From: an uncultured Bacteroidales bacterium
GTDB taxonomy: Bacteria; Bacteroidota; Bacteroidia; Bacteroidales; JAGOPY01
Length of the DNA: 64,000 bases
Direction of reading: 5' to 3'
Assembly (NCBI GenBank): GCA_964371595.1
Contig: CAYJNJ010000002.1
Coordinates: 40,274 to 104,273, forward strand
Made by a program: the position numbers and the translations under genes. Numbering within the stretch: the stretch's first letter is position 1; each line of letters opens with the position of its first letter. Under the pieces are notes generated by a model that saw only the letters and a list, made by a program, of their open reading frames with translations, did no database searches and was not told the origin of the DNA. This document shows, piece by piece, positions 1 to 8,281 of this stretch.

Positions 1-270
1 CATGGGCAGAATTTCGAAAACTCCACGCGGCTGGTCACAACAGGGCTATACAGGTACGTCCGCCACCCGATGTACGGCTCGCTGCTTTTTTTAGGATGGG
101 GGATGTTTTTGAAAGATGTCAGCCTGGTTCCCGTAATCATCATAACAATTATCAGCATTGCTGTTTTTCTGACATGTAAGGTAGAAGAAAGGGAAATGAT
201 CTCAAGGTTCGGGGATGAATACCGGGATTACATGAAGAAAACGAAACTCTGGATCCCTTTTGTGTTATAG
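1..270 (+). CDS. isoprenylcysteine carboxyl methyltransferase / phospholipid methyltransferase family membrane protein, C-terminal fragment (5' end outside window)
   Basis: Frame 1 is open from base 1. The translation ...LVTTGLYRYVRHPMYGSLLFLGWGMFL...EEREMISRFGDEYRDYMKKT carries the RHPMY and EE..L...FG..Y signatures of this family. Stop at 268-270. Confidence 0.75.
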   Translation, partial: HGQNFENSTRLVTTGLYRYVRHPMYGSLLFLGWGMFLKDVSLVPVIIITIISIAVFLTCKVEEREMISRFGDEYRDYMKKTKLWIPFVL

Positions 271-282
271 CTTGCCATGTTA

Positions 283-359
283 GCCACAAAATCACAAAAA
301 CACTAAAGAACACTAATAATAACATTTTGTGATTTTTTGTGCTTTTGTGTTTCCGTGGC
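283..359. repeat. imperfect inverted repeat (hairpin) built from CACAAAA-type words, just downstream of the ICMT-like stop
   Basis: GCCACAAAATCACAAAAACAC ... GTGATTTTTTGTGCTTTTGTGTTTCCGTGGC. The arms are approximately reverse-complementary. Confidence 0.6.
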
Positions 360-380
360 AAAACAATCGTAAAATCATAA

Positions 381-410
381 CTTTGAACTTTGAACTTTGA
401 ACTTTGAACT
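381..410. repeat. tandem heptamer array (CTTTGAA)x4 ending 4 nt before the sugE start
   Basis: The direct reading is ctttgaactttgaactttgaactttgaact. Confidence 0.9.
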
Positions 411-413
411 ATT

Positions 414-731
414 ATGGGTTGGTTTTATCTTTTAATTGCCGGTGCTTTCGAGATCGGCTGGCCGCTGGGGTTTAAATTGTCGCAGACAACCCCTCACAAA
501 TTTTTATGGATCGCTTTTGCCGTGGTGGCGATGGCCCTGAGCGGGTATTTTCTCTGGCTGGCACAAAAAGCCATCCCCATGGGGACAGCTTATGCCGTGT
601 GGACCGGTATTGGGGCAGTGGGGGCGTTCGTGATTGGCATCATCCTGTTTAAAGACCCTTTGACGGTGCTGCGGATAGTTTCGGTAGGCTTGATTGTAAC
701 GGGGATAGTCGGGTTGAAGCTTGCAGGGTAG
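414..731 (+). CDS. sugE: SMR-family small multidrug resistance protein, SugE/Gdx (guanidinium exporter) type
   Basis: 105 aa with four hydrophobic segments. The N-terminus MGWFYLLIAGAFEIGWPLGFK (conserved membrane Glu) and the AYAVWTGIGAVG motif are typical of the SugE subfamily. Confidence 0.85.
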   Translation: MGWFYLLIAGAFEIGWPLGFKLSQTTPHKFLWIAFAVVAMALSGYFLWLAQKAIPMGTAYAVWTGIGAVGAFVIGIILFKDPLTVLRIVSVGLIVTGIVGLKLAG

Positions 732-745
732 TATTATTAAACATA

Positions 746-810
746 CTTCGTGCTATAGCTGACGGTTTGTTGCACGAAGATCCACAGAGAAGACACGAAG
801 GACCACGAAG
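746..810. repeat. hairpin CTTCGTGC-N18-GCACGAAG followed by three more CACGAAG words
   Basis: Seen directly, 15 nt after the sugE stop. Confidence 0.7.
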
Positions 811-827
811 TTTATTATAAAATATTT

Positions 828-2177
828 ATGAAAAATATCTGCTTTATACTGATTTTAAGTATTATAACATTTACGGGCTGCCAGACAGTTGATAGAAAAG
901 TATCTGAAGCTGACCTGCAAACAGCCGATAAGATCAAGTCTGAGTTCCTCCGCTCCTGGAATGCTTATAAAACCTACGCCTGGGGCCATGACGTGCTGCT
1001 TCCCGTCAGCAGGGGCCATATGGACTGGTACGAAAATCCCCTTGGCATCTCCCCCATCGATGCCTACAGTACCATGAAGGTAATGGGCCTTGAAAAGGAG
1101 GCCGCAGAGGTGCAGTCTTACGTTACCGATAGCCTTGATTTTAACCGTGACCAGTTTGTCAAGACTTTTGAAGTGAATATCCGCGTTTTAGGCGGATTGG
1201 TGGCTATGTATGAGTTCACCGGCGATAAAAAAGTGCTTGCCAAAGCCGAGGATTTCGGAAAACGATTGCTGCCTGCTTACAACACCGGCACCGGGATACC
1301 GGCTTACTGGGTAAACCTGAAAACCGCTGAAATCAAAGGGGATACCGTCAACCTCGCTGAAGGCGGTTCCAGCCTTATCGAAATGGGCATGCTGAGCAAA
1401 TTCACAGGGAACCCGGTGTATTTTGAAGCAGCAAAAAAAGCCAGCCTTGCCATATTTGACCGCAGGTCGTCCCTTGGCCTGGTTGCAGAAAATATAAATG
1501 TGCAAACGGGGAACTGGGTCGACAGCATCAGCCATATCGGTTGCTGCATCGACAGCTATTACGAATATCTTTATAAAGGATGGTTGTTATTTCATGATAA
1601 AGAGATCAAAAATGCCTGGGACCTGAGCATCATCGCCATTCAAAAATATATCGCCGAAGAAAAGGATTCATCGCTCTGGTATGCCCAGGTCAACAAGGAA
1701 AGCGGGGAAGTTGTCAACCGCGTGGTCACCTTGTATGACGCCTATTTCCCGGCATTGCTGGCATTGTCGGGCGACATGGAAAATGCCGCACGCTACCAGG
1801 AGTCATGGAACAGCCTCTGGATGAAATACGGGCTCGAGCCGATGGTTTATGATTACGGAACCGGTGAAGTCATGTACCCGGCCTACAACCTGAACCCTGA
1901 GATCATTGAATCTGCTTATTATCTTTATTTTTTTACAGGAGATAAAAAGTATAAAGAAATGGCGGGGCAGTATTTCAGTGATATCATGAAGTATTGCAGA
2001 ACCGATGTGGCTTTCACGAATATTAAAGATATCAGGACAAAGGAACAGAAAGACCATATGGAGACGTTCTTCCTGGCAGAAACCATGAAATACCTCTACC
2101 TCACTTTTGCTAATCCTGAAGGGATCAATCCGGATGTTTGTGTATTTTCAACCGAAGCACATCCGTTCAGAAAATGA
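828..2177 (+). CDS. glycoside hydrolase family 47 (class I alpha-1,2-mannosidase-like) lipoprotein
   Basis: Lipoprotein-type signal (ITFTGCQ). GH47 blocks are FEVNIRVLGGLVAMYEFTGD, EGGSSLIEMGMLSKFTGNP, GCCIDSYYEYLYKGW, NPEIIESAYYLYFFTGDKKYKE and ETFFLAETMKYLYLTF. Confidence 0.85.
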   Translation: MKNICFILILSIITFTGCQTVDRKVSEADLQTADKIKSEFLRSWNAYKTYAWGHDVLLPVSRGHMDWYENPLGISPIDAYSTMKVMGLEKEAAEVQSYVTDSLDFNRDQFVKTFEVNIRVLGGLVAMYEFTGDKKVLAKAEDFGKRLLPAYNTGTGIPAYWVNLKTAEIKGDTVNLAEGGSSLIEMGMLSKFTGNPVYFEAAKKASLAIFDRRSSLGLVAENINVQTGNWVDSISHIGCCIDSYYEYLYKGWLLFHDKEIKNAWDLSIIAIQKYIAEEKDSSLWYAQVNKESGEVVNRVVTLYDAYFPALLALSGDMENAARYQESWNSLWMKYGLEPMVYDYGTGEVMYPAYNLNPEIIESAYYLYFFTGDKKYKEMAGQYFSDIMKYCRTDVAFTNIKDIRTKEQKDHMETFFLAETMKYLYLTFANPEGINPDVCVFSTEAHPFRK

Positions 2178-2187
2178 CTTTTTAGCT

Positions 2188-2213
2188 TCCGTCGGGTAAA
2201 TCCGTCGGTTCAA
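2188..2213 (-). repeat. REP-like hairpin element (family GAACCGACGG-loop-CCGTCGGA), inverted orientation
   Basis: tccgtcgggtaaatccgtcggttcaa is the reverse complement (25/26) of the copy at 4565-4590. Confidence 0.8.
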
Positions 2214-2214
2214 T

Positions 2215-4449
2215 CTACTTTACAGTAAAAGGGATCGAAACGCTAAGCGCCACATTCCTCCCCGGATCAAAGAAGCCCACCTCCTTCAGCGTCGAGAGAT
2301 GATCAATGTACTTTTTATCGAAAATGTTATTTACGCTAAGCTGCACAAGGAATTTCACACGCCCGGCAGGGATAGTTGTCCCGATGCCGGCATCAACCAG
2401 GGTGTAGCCACCTGAAAGATCTTCCTCAGGGGCAGGATGATCCTGCTTAAAGGCGGTGGATGAGTTGATCCTGAAAAAACTGTCTTCCAGCTTACCGATC
2501 TCATCCTTTTCAAATTTCAGTTCAAAATTCAGCTTATTTGCAGGTATGAATGGAAGATGATCGCCATTCGATTGCTTGCCGGTGACTGTCGAAAATGTAC
2601 CCTCAACATGCAGCCATTTCAGTTGTTCCGGGTGGAGATGGATGCCGGCCTCGCCACCGAATAATGCGGCATCATCCTGGGTGTAACGGTAAATAGGCTC
2701 TCCGCTGAATGTCGTATCAGCAGTGGGGGAAATATAAATATAATGGTTGATGATGTTGTAAAATCCCGCAAGGTCGAGGGTGAGGTTTTTAATATGATAA
2801 TGCACGCTGATATCGGTTTCATAGGCATTCTGTGGAACCAAACCGCTATTACCAAGCTCGTAGCGGGTTTCATGCTTGCCGTTGGATGTCAGCTCTGCGA
2901 GATTTGGCGTACGGTAGGCCGCTGCGAAATTAGCACGGAAGAACAGCCTGTCCTGCAATTCATAGGTTGCCCCTACCGAACCGCTGAAACTGCCGTAGTC
3001 ATTCTCCAGTGCGGCCCGGTAACCTTCATCACCGATCAGGCCGACCTCTTCCGTGGAAATCAGTTTCATATCATACCGCACGCCGGCCTGGACTTTGAAA
3101 CCATGGAAGAAATAATACTGGAGCAAGGCAAAAAGGCCGTAATTACCGGTATTTGCATTGGGTAACAAGACCTCTTCCGCACCCGCGATATTCCGGTTCA
3201 ACTGGTTAAATCCCTGGAAACCGATGATGTATTCTGATTTTTCAGTGGACGGAAGGTTCAGTTTCGCTTCATAGGTCAGGGTCGAGAGCCGCATGGCAAT
3301 CTCAACTTCATTTTCCCCGGCATAATGGACCAGTTCCGCCGACTGGAATGCTGCATTCAGATCGATCTTGAATTTATTCAGGAATATTTTATTCTGGGAA
3401 GAAATAAGATGATTAAAGAACTGCTGGTACCAGATCTCATTCTTCCTGCCGCGCGAGGTGATCTCTGCGACAGCCTCGTCTTCGGTCAATCCCAGTTTCT
3501 GACTGCTGAATTCATAGAAAAGCTTGCTAACGGCTTTTTTCCCGGAATATCCGCCATCAGCCTTAAACGACATAGTGTTAAATCGCGAATTAGGAACAAA
3601 ATCGCCTCCACCCTGCAGGAAATCGGCATTTGTTTTCGTGCCGAAGCGGATACCCCCGAAGAAGGATTTAGAGGCCCCTTTCAGGCCTAAATTGGTGGAT
3701 ATTCCCTTCGTATTGGAAAACATCTGCAGGTGGTAGTCACCCATGATCTGTCCGACCGGGGCAGGTCTTTCCCGGATGAAATTCACCACGCCACCGATGG
3801 CATCCGAGCCGTAAAGCAGCGATGCCGGCCCTTTAATGATCTCTACATCTTCGATCCCGAATTCGTCTATCCCCAACGGATGATGGTCAGAGTACTGGTA
3901 ATTCTCATTGCGCACACCGTTATTCAGGATAAGGACATTATCCATCGACAAGCCACGAATGACCGGTTTGGAAACACCGGGGCCCTTGGAAATCATACTG
4001 ACCCCCGGCACTTTGGTGAGTAATTCTCCGGTATTCGGTGTGATGATATTGGTTGATGATTTAAGTTTAATGATCTCGATATTGACCGCATTTTCATGCT
4101 GTGTAGCGTTAAAACCGCCGGAAATCACTATCTCCTTTGTTTCAATGGCGGTTTCATGTAAAATAACATCCGCTTCAACAGTGGAACCGGTAAAAAAAAT
4201 GGTTTTAACTTCCGGGGAAAATCCCAAAAAAGAATACTGTACCCTGAATTTCCCGCCGGGGATATTGCCAAGCTGGTAATGCCCGTTCTCATCAGAAACG
4301 GTCCCTTTGTTCAGCTCATGGATGAAGATATTGGCCCCCGGCAATGGCCTGGATTCCTGGTCGGTGATGTTGCCTTGAATGATGCCCTGGGCAGGCAGAA
4401 ATTCAATAGCTACTAAATATATGATGATAAAAATAAAATGCTTTTTCAA
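2215..4449 (-). CDS. TonB-dependent receptor with N-terminal carboxypeptidase-regulatory-like domain
   Basis: 744 aa with a signal peptide, a CarboxypepD_reg-like segment (GNITDQESRPLPGANIF...TVSDENGHYQL), a plug (IIKGPASLLYGSDAIGGVVNF) and a beta-barrel C-terminus (NIFDKKYIDH...). Confidence 0.9.
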   Translation of the reverse strand: MKKHFIFIIIYLVAIEFLPAQGIIQGNITDQESRPLPGANIFIHELNKGTVSDENGHYQLGNIPGGKFRVQYSFLGFSPEVKTIFFTGSTVEADVILHETAIETKEIVISGGFNATQHENAVNIEIIKLKSSTNIITPNTGELLTKVPGVSMISKGPGVSKPVIRGLSMDNVLILNNGVRNENYQYSDHHPLGIDEFGIEDVEIIKGPASLLYGSDAIGGVVNFIRERPAPVGQIMGDYHLQMFSNTKGISTNLGLKGASKSFFGGIRFGTKTNADFLQGGGDFVPNSRFNTMSFKADGGYSGKKAVSKLFYEFSSQKLGLTEDEAVAEITSRGRKNEIWYQQFFNHLISSQNKIFLNKFKIDLNAAFQSAELVHYAGENEVEIAMRLSTLTYEAKLNLPSTEKSEYIIGFQGFNQLNRNIAGAEEVLLPNANTGNYGLFALLQYYFFHGFKVQAGVRYDMKLISTEEVGLIGDEGYRAALENDYGSFSGSVGATYELQDRLFFRANFAAAYRTPNLAELTSNGKHETRYELGNSGLVPQNAYETDISVHYHIKNLTLDLAGFYNIINHYIYISPTADTTFSGEPIYRYTQDDAALFGGEAGIHLHPEQLKWLHVEGTFSTVTGKQSNGDHLPFIPANKLNFELKFEKDEIGKLEDSFFRINSSTAFKQDHPAPEEDLSGGYTLVDAGIGTTIPAGRVKFLVQLSVNNIFDKKYIDHLSTLKEVGFFDPGRNVALSVSIPFTVK

Positions 4450-4564
4450 CTTTTTTCAGCAAAAATAACCCGAAATCAGTAATAGTCTTTAACATACAAG
4501 ACGTTATATTGCTCCGGCTTATTGTTTAATTGATTATATCCGATAATTTTATTCGACTATTAGG

Positions 4565-4590
4565 TTGAACCGACGGATTTACCCGTCGGA
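4565..4590 (+). repeat. REP-like hairpin element (same family)
   Basis: ttgaaCCGACGGatttacCCGTCGGa has a 7-bp stem. Confidence 0.8.
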
Positions 4591-4720
4591 GCACGAAGGG
4601 TCGCAAAATATTGCGTCTTTGCAAATAGAAATATCTTTTGAAATTCAATATTAAAATGATATTTTTACATTAAGATTCATATTTCTTAATATTTGAATTA
4701 ATTAACTAAAAACCAATCCG

Positions 4721-5776
4721 ATGAAAAATTTATTAGTCATTGTTGCCATCATCTCACTTGGCATGTGGAGTTGCACCCAATCACCACAAAAAGGGGGCAC
4801 CAAGACTTCAGGCGATGAAGCCCAGTTTCCGGGATTATATGAAAAGGCCAAAGCACAGTTCAGTCCTTTACAGGGAGTTGCGGAAAACCCGGAAAACCCT
4901 ATTACACCTGAAAAAGTCCTTCTCGGTCAGACACTTTATTTCGAAAAAAGATTATCAAAAGACGGTAACATCAGCTGTAATTCATGCCATAATATGGAAA
5001 CATATGGTGTGGACAACAAGCCTACTTCGCCCGGGGATGCAGGAGAACTCGGAGGCAGGAATTCACCTACCGTTTTAAATGCCGCTTTACAGTTTGTACA
5101 ATTCTGGGATGGAAGGGCTAAAGATGTTGAAGAGCAGGCCGGTGGCCCGATCCTGAATCCTGTTGAAATGTCAATGCCTGATAAAGATTTTGTTATCAAG
5201 CGTTTAAATCAAATTAAAGGATATCAGGAAATGTTCGCAGCGGCTTTCCCAGGAGAAAAAGCTCCGATAAATTACGATAATGTCCAGAAAGCCATTGCTG
5301 ATTATGAAAGAAAGATGATCACACCTTCGCATTTCGATGAGTACCTTTCAGGAAATGAAAATGCCCTTACAGTTGTTGAAAAACAAGGACTTAAGACTTT
5401 CATGGATGTGAATTGCACGATGTGCCATTCCGGTGCCCTTCTGGGTGGAAATATGTTTATGAAATTCGGCCTTACTGCCAATTACTGGGATCATACCAAT
5501 AGCCCGAAAATCGACGAAGGCCGTTTCCAGGTCACTAAAAGCGACGCCGATAAATACATTTTCAAGGTTTCTCAATTAAGAAACATTGAAAAGACTTACC
5601 CTTATTTCCATGATGGAATGAATAATAATCTTGAGGATGCCGTTAAGGTCATGGCAAAAGTCCAATTAGGCAAAAACCTTACACCGCAAGAAGTCCAGGA
5701 CATTGTTTCATTCCTGAATACCTTAACTGGAAAGGTTCCTCCTGAACTGGTGAAAGTTCCACCTATGCCGGTTTGA
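4721..5776 (+). CDS. di-haem cytochrome c peroxidase (CCP/MauG family)
   Basis: Signal or lipoprotein N-terminus, two CxxCH haem motifs (CNSCHN, CTMCHS), and the conserved FWDGRA and PYFHDG blocks. Confidence 0.9.
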   Translation: MKNLLVIVAIISLGMWSCTQSPQKGGTKTSGDEAQFPGLYEKAKAQFSPLQGVAENPENPITPEKVLLGQTLYFEKRLSKDGNISCNSCHNMETYGVDNKPTSPGDAGELGGRNSPTVLNAALQFVQFWDGRAKDVEEQAGGPILNPVEMSMPDKDFVIKRLNQIKGYQEMFAAAFPGEKAPINYDNVQKAIADYERKMITPSHFDEYLSGNENALTVVEKQGLKTFMDVNCTMCHSGALLGGNMFMKFGLTANYWDHTNSPKIDEGRFQVTKSDADKYIFKVSQLRNIEKTYPYFHDGMNNNLEDAVKVMAKVQLGKNLTPQEVQDIVSFLNTLTGKVPPELVKVPPMPV

Positions 5777-5786
5777 CAAAATAATA

Positions 5787-5810
5787 AACCGACGGTTTTA
5801 GTCGTCGGAA
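5787..5810 (+). repeat. REP-like hairpin element (variant loop)
   Basis: aaCCGACGgttttagtCGTCGGaa. Confidence 0.75.
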
Positions 5811-5833
5811 CAAGAATCCCCATCCCGGCCTTC

Positions 5834-5851
5834 CTCCGCCAGCCGGCGGAG
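5834..5851. repeat. small palindrome CTCCGCCAGCCGGCGGAG (a related copy TCCGCCAGCTGGCGGA lies at 22771-22786)
   Basis: Seen directly in both places. Confidence 0.6.
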
Positions 5852-5863
5852 AAGTAGAAGCCC

Positions 5864-5887
5864 GAACCGACGGTTTTAGTCGTCGGA
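5864..5887 (+). repeat. REP-like hairpin element, second tandem copy
   Basis: gaaCCGACGgttttagtCGTCGGa is identical in its core to 5787-5810. Confidence 0.8.
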
Positions 5888-5893
5888 GAACAT

Positions 5894-8275
5894 ATGATAA
5901 TGATGATTAAACACTTTGTAACGACTGGCCTGCGGAATTTCCTGCGAAATAAATCCGCCACGATATTCAATATCCTCGGCCTTTCCATCGGCATGGCCAC
6001 TACCCTGCTGATCCTCGGGTATGTGATCAATGAACTTAGTTACGACCGCTTCCATAAAAACAAGGATGAGATTTACCGGGTGATCGTGAACCAGGAAAAA
6101 GACGGGGAGATAAGCCCTACTGCATTTATAACCGCTGCAGTCGCCCCTTCCATGGCGGAAGATTTCCCGGAGGTAGAGCATTTTGTGAGGTTTTCGAATC
6201 CCACGGGCGGGTTTTTAACCTTCGGTGATAAAAAAATGCAACTCGAAAACCTCAGCTTTGTCGATTCCTCCCTTTTTGATGTGTTCTCGTTTCCCCTTCT
6301 CAGCGGCAACCCGGATAAAGCCCTGGCTGCGCCCTACCAGGTGGTCCTGACGGAAACGACAGCAAAAAAGCTTTTCGGGACAGCCGACCCGCTGGGAAAA
6401 GTGATCCGGCTTAATGGTGAGGATAACCTGGTCGTAACAGGCGTCATTGCTGACTTCCCGTCCAATTCCACATTGATTTTCGATGCCCTCGTCTCTTTTT
6501 CCACCCTCTACCTAAATCCGGATTATTTCCTCGACTGGGACGGCGGCTATAATTATTTCACTTACGTCAAACTGGTGGAAAGGGCCGACGTTGCGGCATT
6601 GCAGGCGAAATTCCCCGGCTTCATGGAGAAGAACATCAATTACAAATACCGGGAATTCGGCTTCGTCCTCCATCTTGGACTCCAGCAACTGGACCGCATC
6701 CATCTTTTCTCCAAAAAAGACTTCAACATCGATGAATCCGGAAACCTGCAGGCAATATTTATCTTTTCAAGCATCGCCATCTTTATTTTATTGATTGCCT
6801 GCATTAATTTCATGAACCTGACCACCGCCCGCTCGCTGAACCGCGCCAGGGAAGTCGGGCTCCGCAAAGTTTCCGGGGCTAGCCGGAAGAGCATCGTCTT
6901 CCAGTTCCTCTCCGAAACCCTGCTGATCAGCTTCTTCGCTTTGCTGTTATCTATCCTGCTGGTCGATGTTTTCCAGGGGAAATTCAACCAGCTCATGGGA
7001 AAAGACCTGTCTATTTTCGGTCCAATGGCCTGGAAAATGCTCTCAGGGGTAGTTATCCTGCTCCTCATCACGAGCCTGGCCGCCGGTAGCTACCCGGCCT
7101 GGTTCATGTCGCGCTTCCCTCCCCTGCTGAGCATCAAAGGAACTATGGTTTCCGGCAAAGGAAAATCGGTCCTGCGCAACATTCTCGTCGTTTTCCAGTT
7201 CCTCATTTCGATCGTCCTCATCATCCTTACACTGGTCATCAATTCTCAGATGAAATTCATCAATTCCAGGCCGATGGGCTTTAACGGCGAAAATGTGTAC
7301 GTAATCCCGATAGTCAGTGAAAAGGCCATGAAGGATTTTCAGGCCGTGAAGGATGAATTCAGCCGTATCCCGCAGGTTACCGGTACGGGCGCTTCTTCCG
7401 AAATACCGGGAAATGGATTCACGATGAACGGCTATTTCCCCGAAGGGTATAAAGAGCCGATAATGATCCATGTCGTGGACGTGGATGCTGATTACCTGGA
7501 TATCATGGGGATACCGGTTGTCCAGGGGCGGGGCTTTGATAAAATATCCAATTCCGACAGCATGGCATTCCTGGTGAATGAAACGCTGGCTAAAAAACTG
7601 GGATGGGATAACCCTGTAGGCAAAACCATCAGCAGGGATGGCCGGCACAAGGTGATCGGCGTGGTGGCGGATTTTAATTTTGCCAGCCTGCACCAGGACA
7701 TTCAGCCGCTTATCATCACCAAGCAACCCTGGCTCGGGTATAATTACCTGTCGGTGAGGGTACAGCCGGAAAACAGCCAGCAAACGCTGCAGAAAATGGA
7801 AGCTTCCTGGGCATCAATCATCCCCGATGAGCCTTTCAGCTTTTTCCAGCAGGAAGAATTCACCAAAGGCGCCTACAGCGGCGAAAAGAATACAGGAGAA
7901 GCCATCCTGTGGTTTTCGCTCCTTGCCATTTTCATCGCCGGGCTCGGATTGCTGGGACTGGCCAATTTCACCTTCAACCAGCGGAAAAAAGAGATCGGCA
8001 TCAGGAAAGTGCTCGGCGCCGAATCATCGCAGATAGCCCGCAAAGTCACTTTCGATTTCCTGCGCCTGGTGTTGATGGCGAGCCTCCTGGCATTGCCCAT
8101 CGCGTGGTGGCTCATGGATAAATGGATGGAAAATTTCGCTTACAGGGCACATATCAGTTTTATGATATTTTTTATCCCTGTGATTATTGTTACTATTTTA
8201 GCATGGTTAACAATATTTTTCCAGGTCAGGAAGCTGGCCAACACAAACCCTTCGGATGTGCTAAAGTTTGAATAA
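5894..8275 (+). CDS. ABC transporter permease, FtsX/MacB-like (two FtsX domains)
   Basis: 793 aa. The architecture is TM1, large periplasmic domain, three TMs, duplicated once. FtsX-type blocks are INFMNLTTARSLNRAREVGLRKVSGAS and RKKEIGIRKVLGA. The start could be 5894, 5900 or 5903. Confidence 0.85.
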   Translation: MIMMIKHFVTTGLRNFLRNKSATIFNILGLSIGMATTLLILGYVINELSYDRFHKNKDEIYRVIVNQEKDGEISPTAFITAAVAPSMAEDFPEVEHFVRFSNPTGGFLTFGDKKMQLENLSFVDSSLFDVFSFPLLSGNPDKALAAPYQVVLTETTAKKLFGTADPLGKVIRLNGEDNLVVTGVIADFPSNSTLIFDALVSFSTLYLNPDYFLDWDGGYNYFTYVKLVERADVAALQAKFPGFMEKNINYKYREFGFVLHLGLQQLDRIHLFSKKDFNIDESGNLQAIFIFSSIAIFILLIACINFMNLTTARSLNRAREVGLRKVSGASRKSIVFQFLSETLLISFFALLLSILLVDVFQGKFNQLMGKDLSIFGPMAWKMLSGVVILLLITSLAAGSYPAWFMSRFPPLLSIKGTMVSGKGKSVLRNILVVFQFLISIVLIILTLVINSQMKFINSRPMGFNGENVYVIPIVSEKAMKDFQAVKDEFSRIPQVTGTGASSEIPGNGFTMNGYFPEGYKEPIMIHVVDVDADYLDIMGIPVVQGRGFDKISNSDSMAFLVNETLAKKLGWDNPVGKTISRDGRHKVIGVVADFNFASLHQDIQPLIITKQPWLGYNYLSVRVQPENSQQTLQKMEASWASIIPDEPFSFFQQEEFTKGAYSGEKNTGEAILWFSLLAIFIAGLGLLGLANFTFNQRKKEIGIRKVLGAESSQIARKVTFDFLRLVLMASLLALPIAWWLMDKWMENFAYRAHISFMIFFIPVIIVTILAWLTIFFQVRKLANTNPSDVLKFE

Positions 8276-8281
8276 GGAAAG

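Noticed and set aside
271-413. Guanidine riboswitch (ykkC or mini-ykkC) expected upstream of a SugE/Gdx exporter.
   Set aside because: The leader is AT-rich word repeats and a heptamer array. I could not find the paired ACGR-loop hairpins or the conserved GGGA/ACGR elements by eye. A covariance-model search would be needed to be certain.
5602-6030. 142-aa minus-strand ORF spanning the cytochrome c peroxidase 3' end, the REP-like elements and the permease 5' end.
   Set aside because: It crosses two real genes and an intergenic repeat cluster. Its translation is repeat-derived.
7043-7783. 246-aa antisense ORF inside the FtsX permease gene. Similar long shadow ORFs lie at 12413-13099, 13775-14602, 44060-44656 and 60470-61069.
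   Set aside because: All lie opposite genes with clear family motifs, have biased low-complexity or Arg/His-rich translations, and show no recognisable domains. They are typical antisense shadow ORFs.
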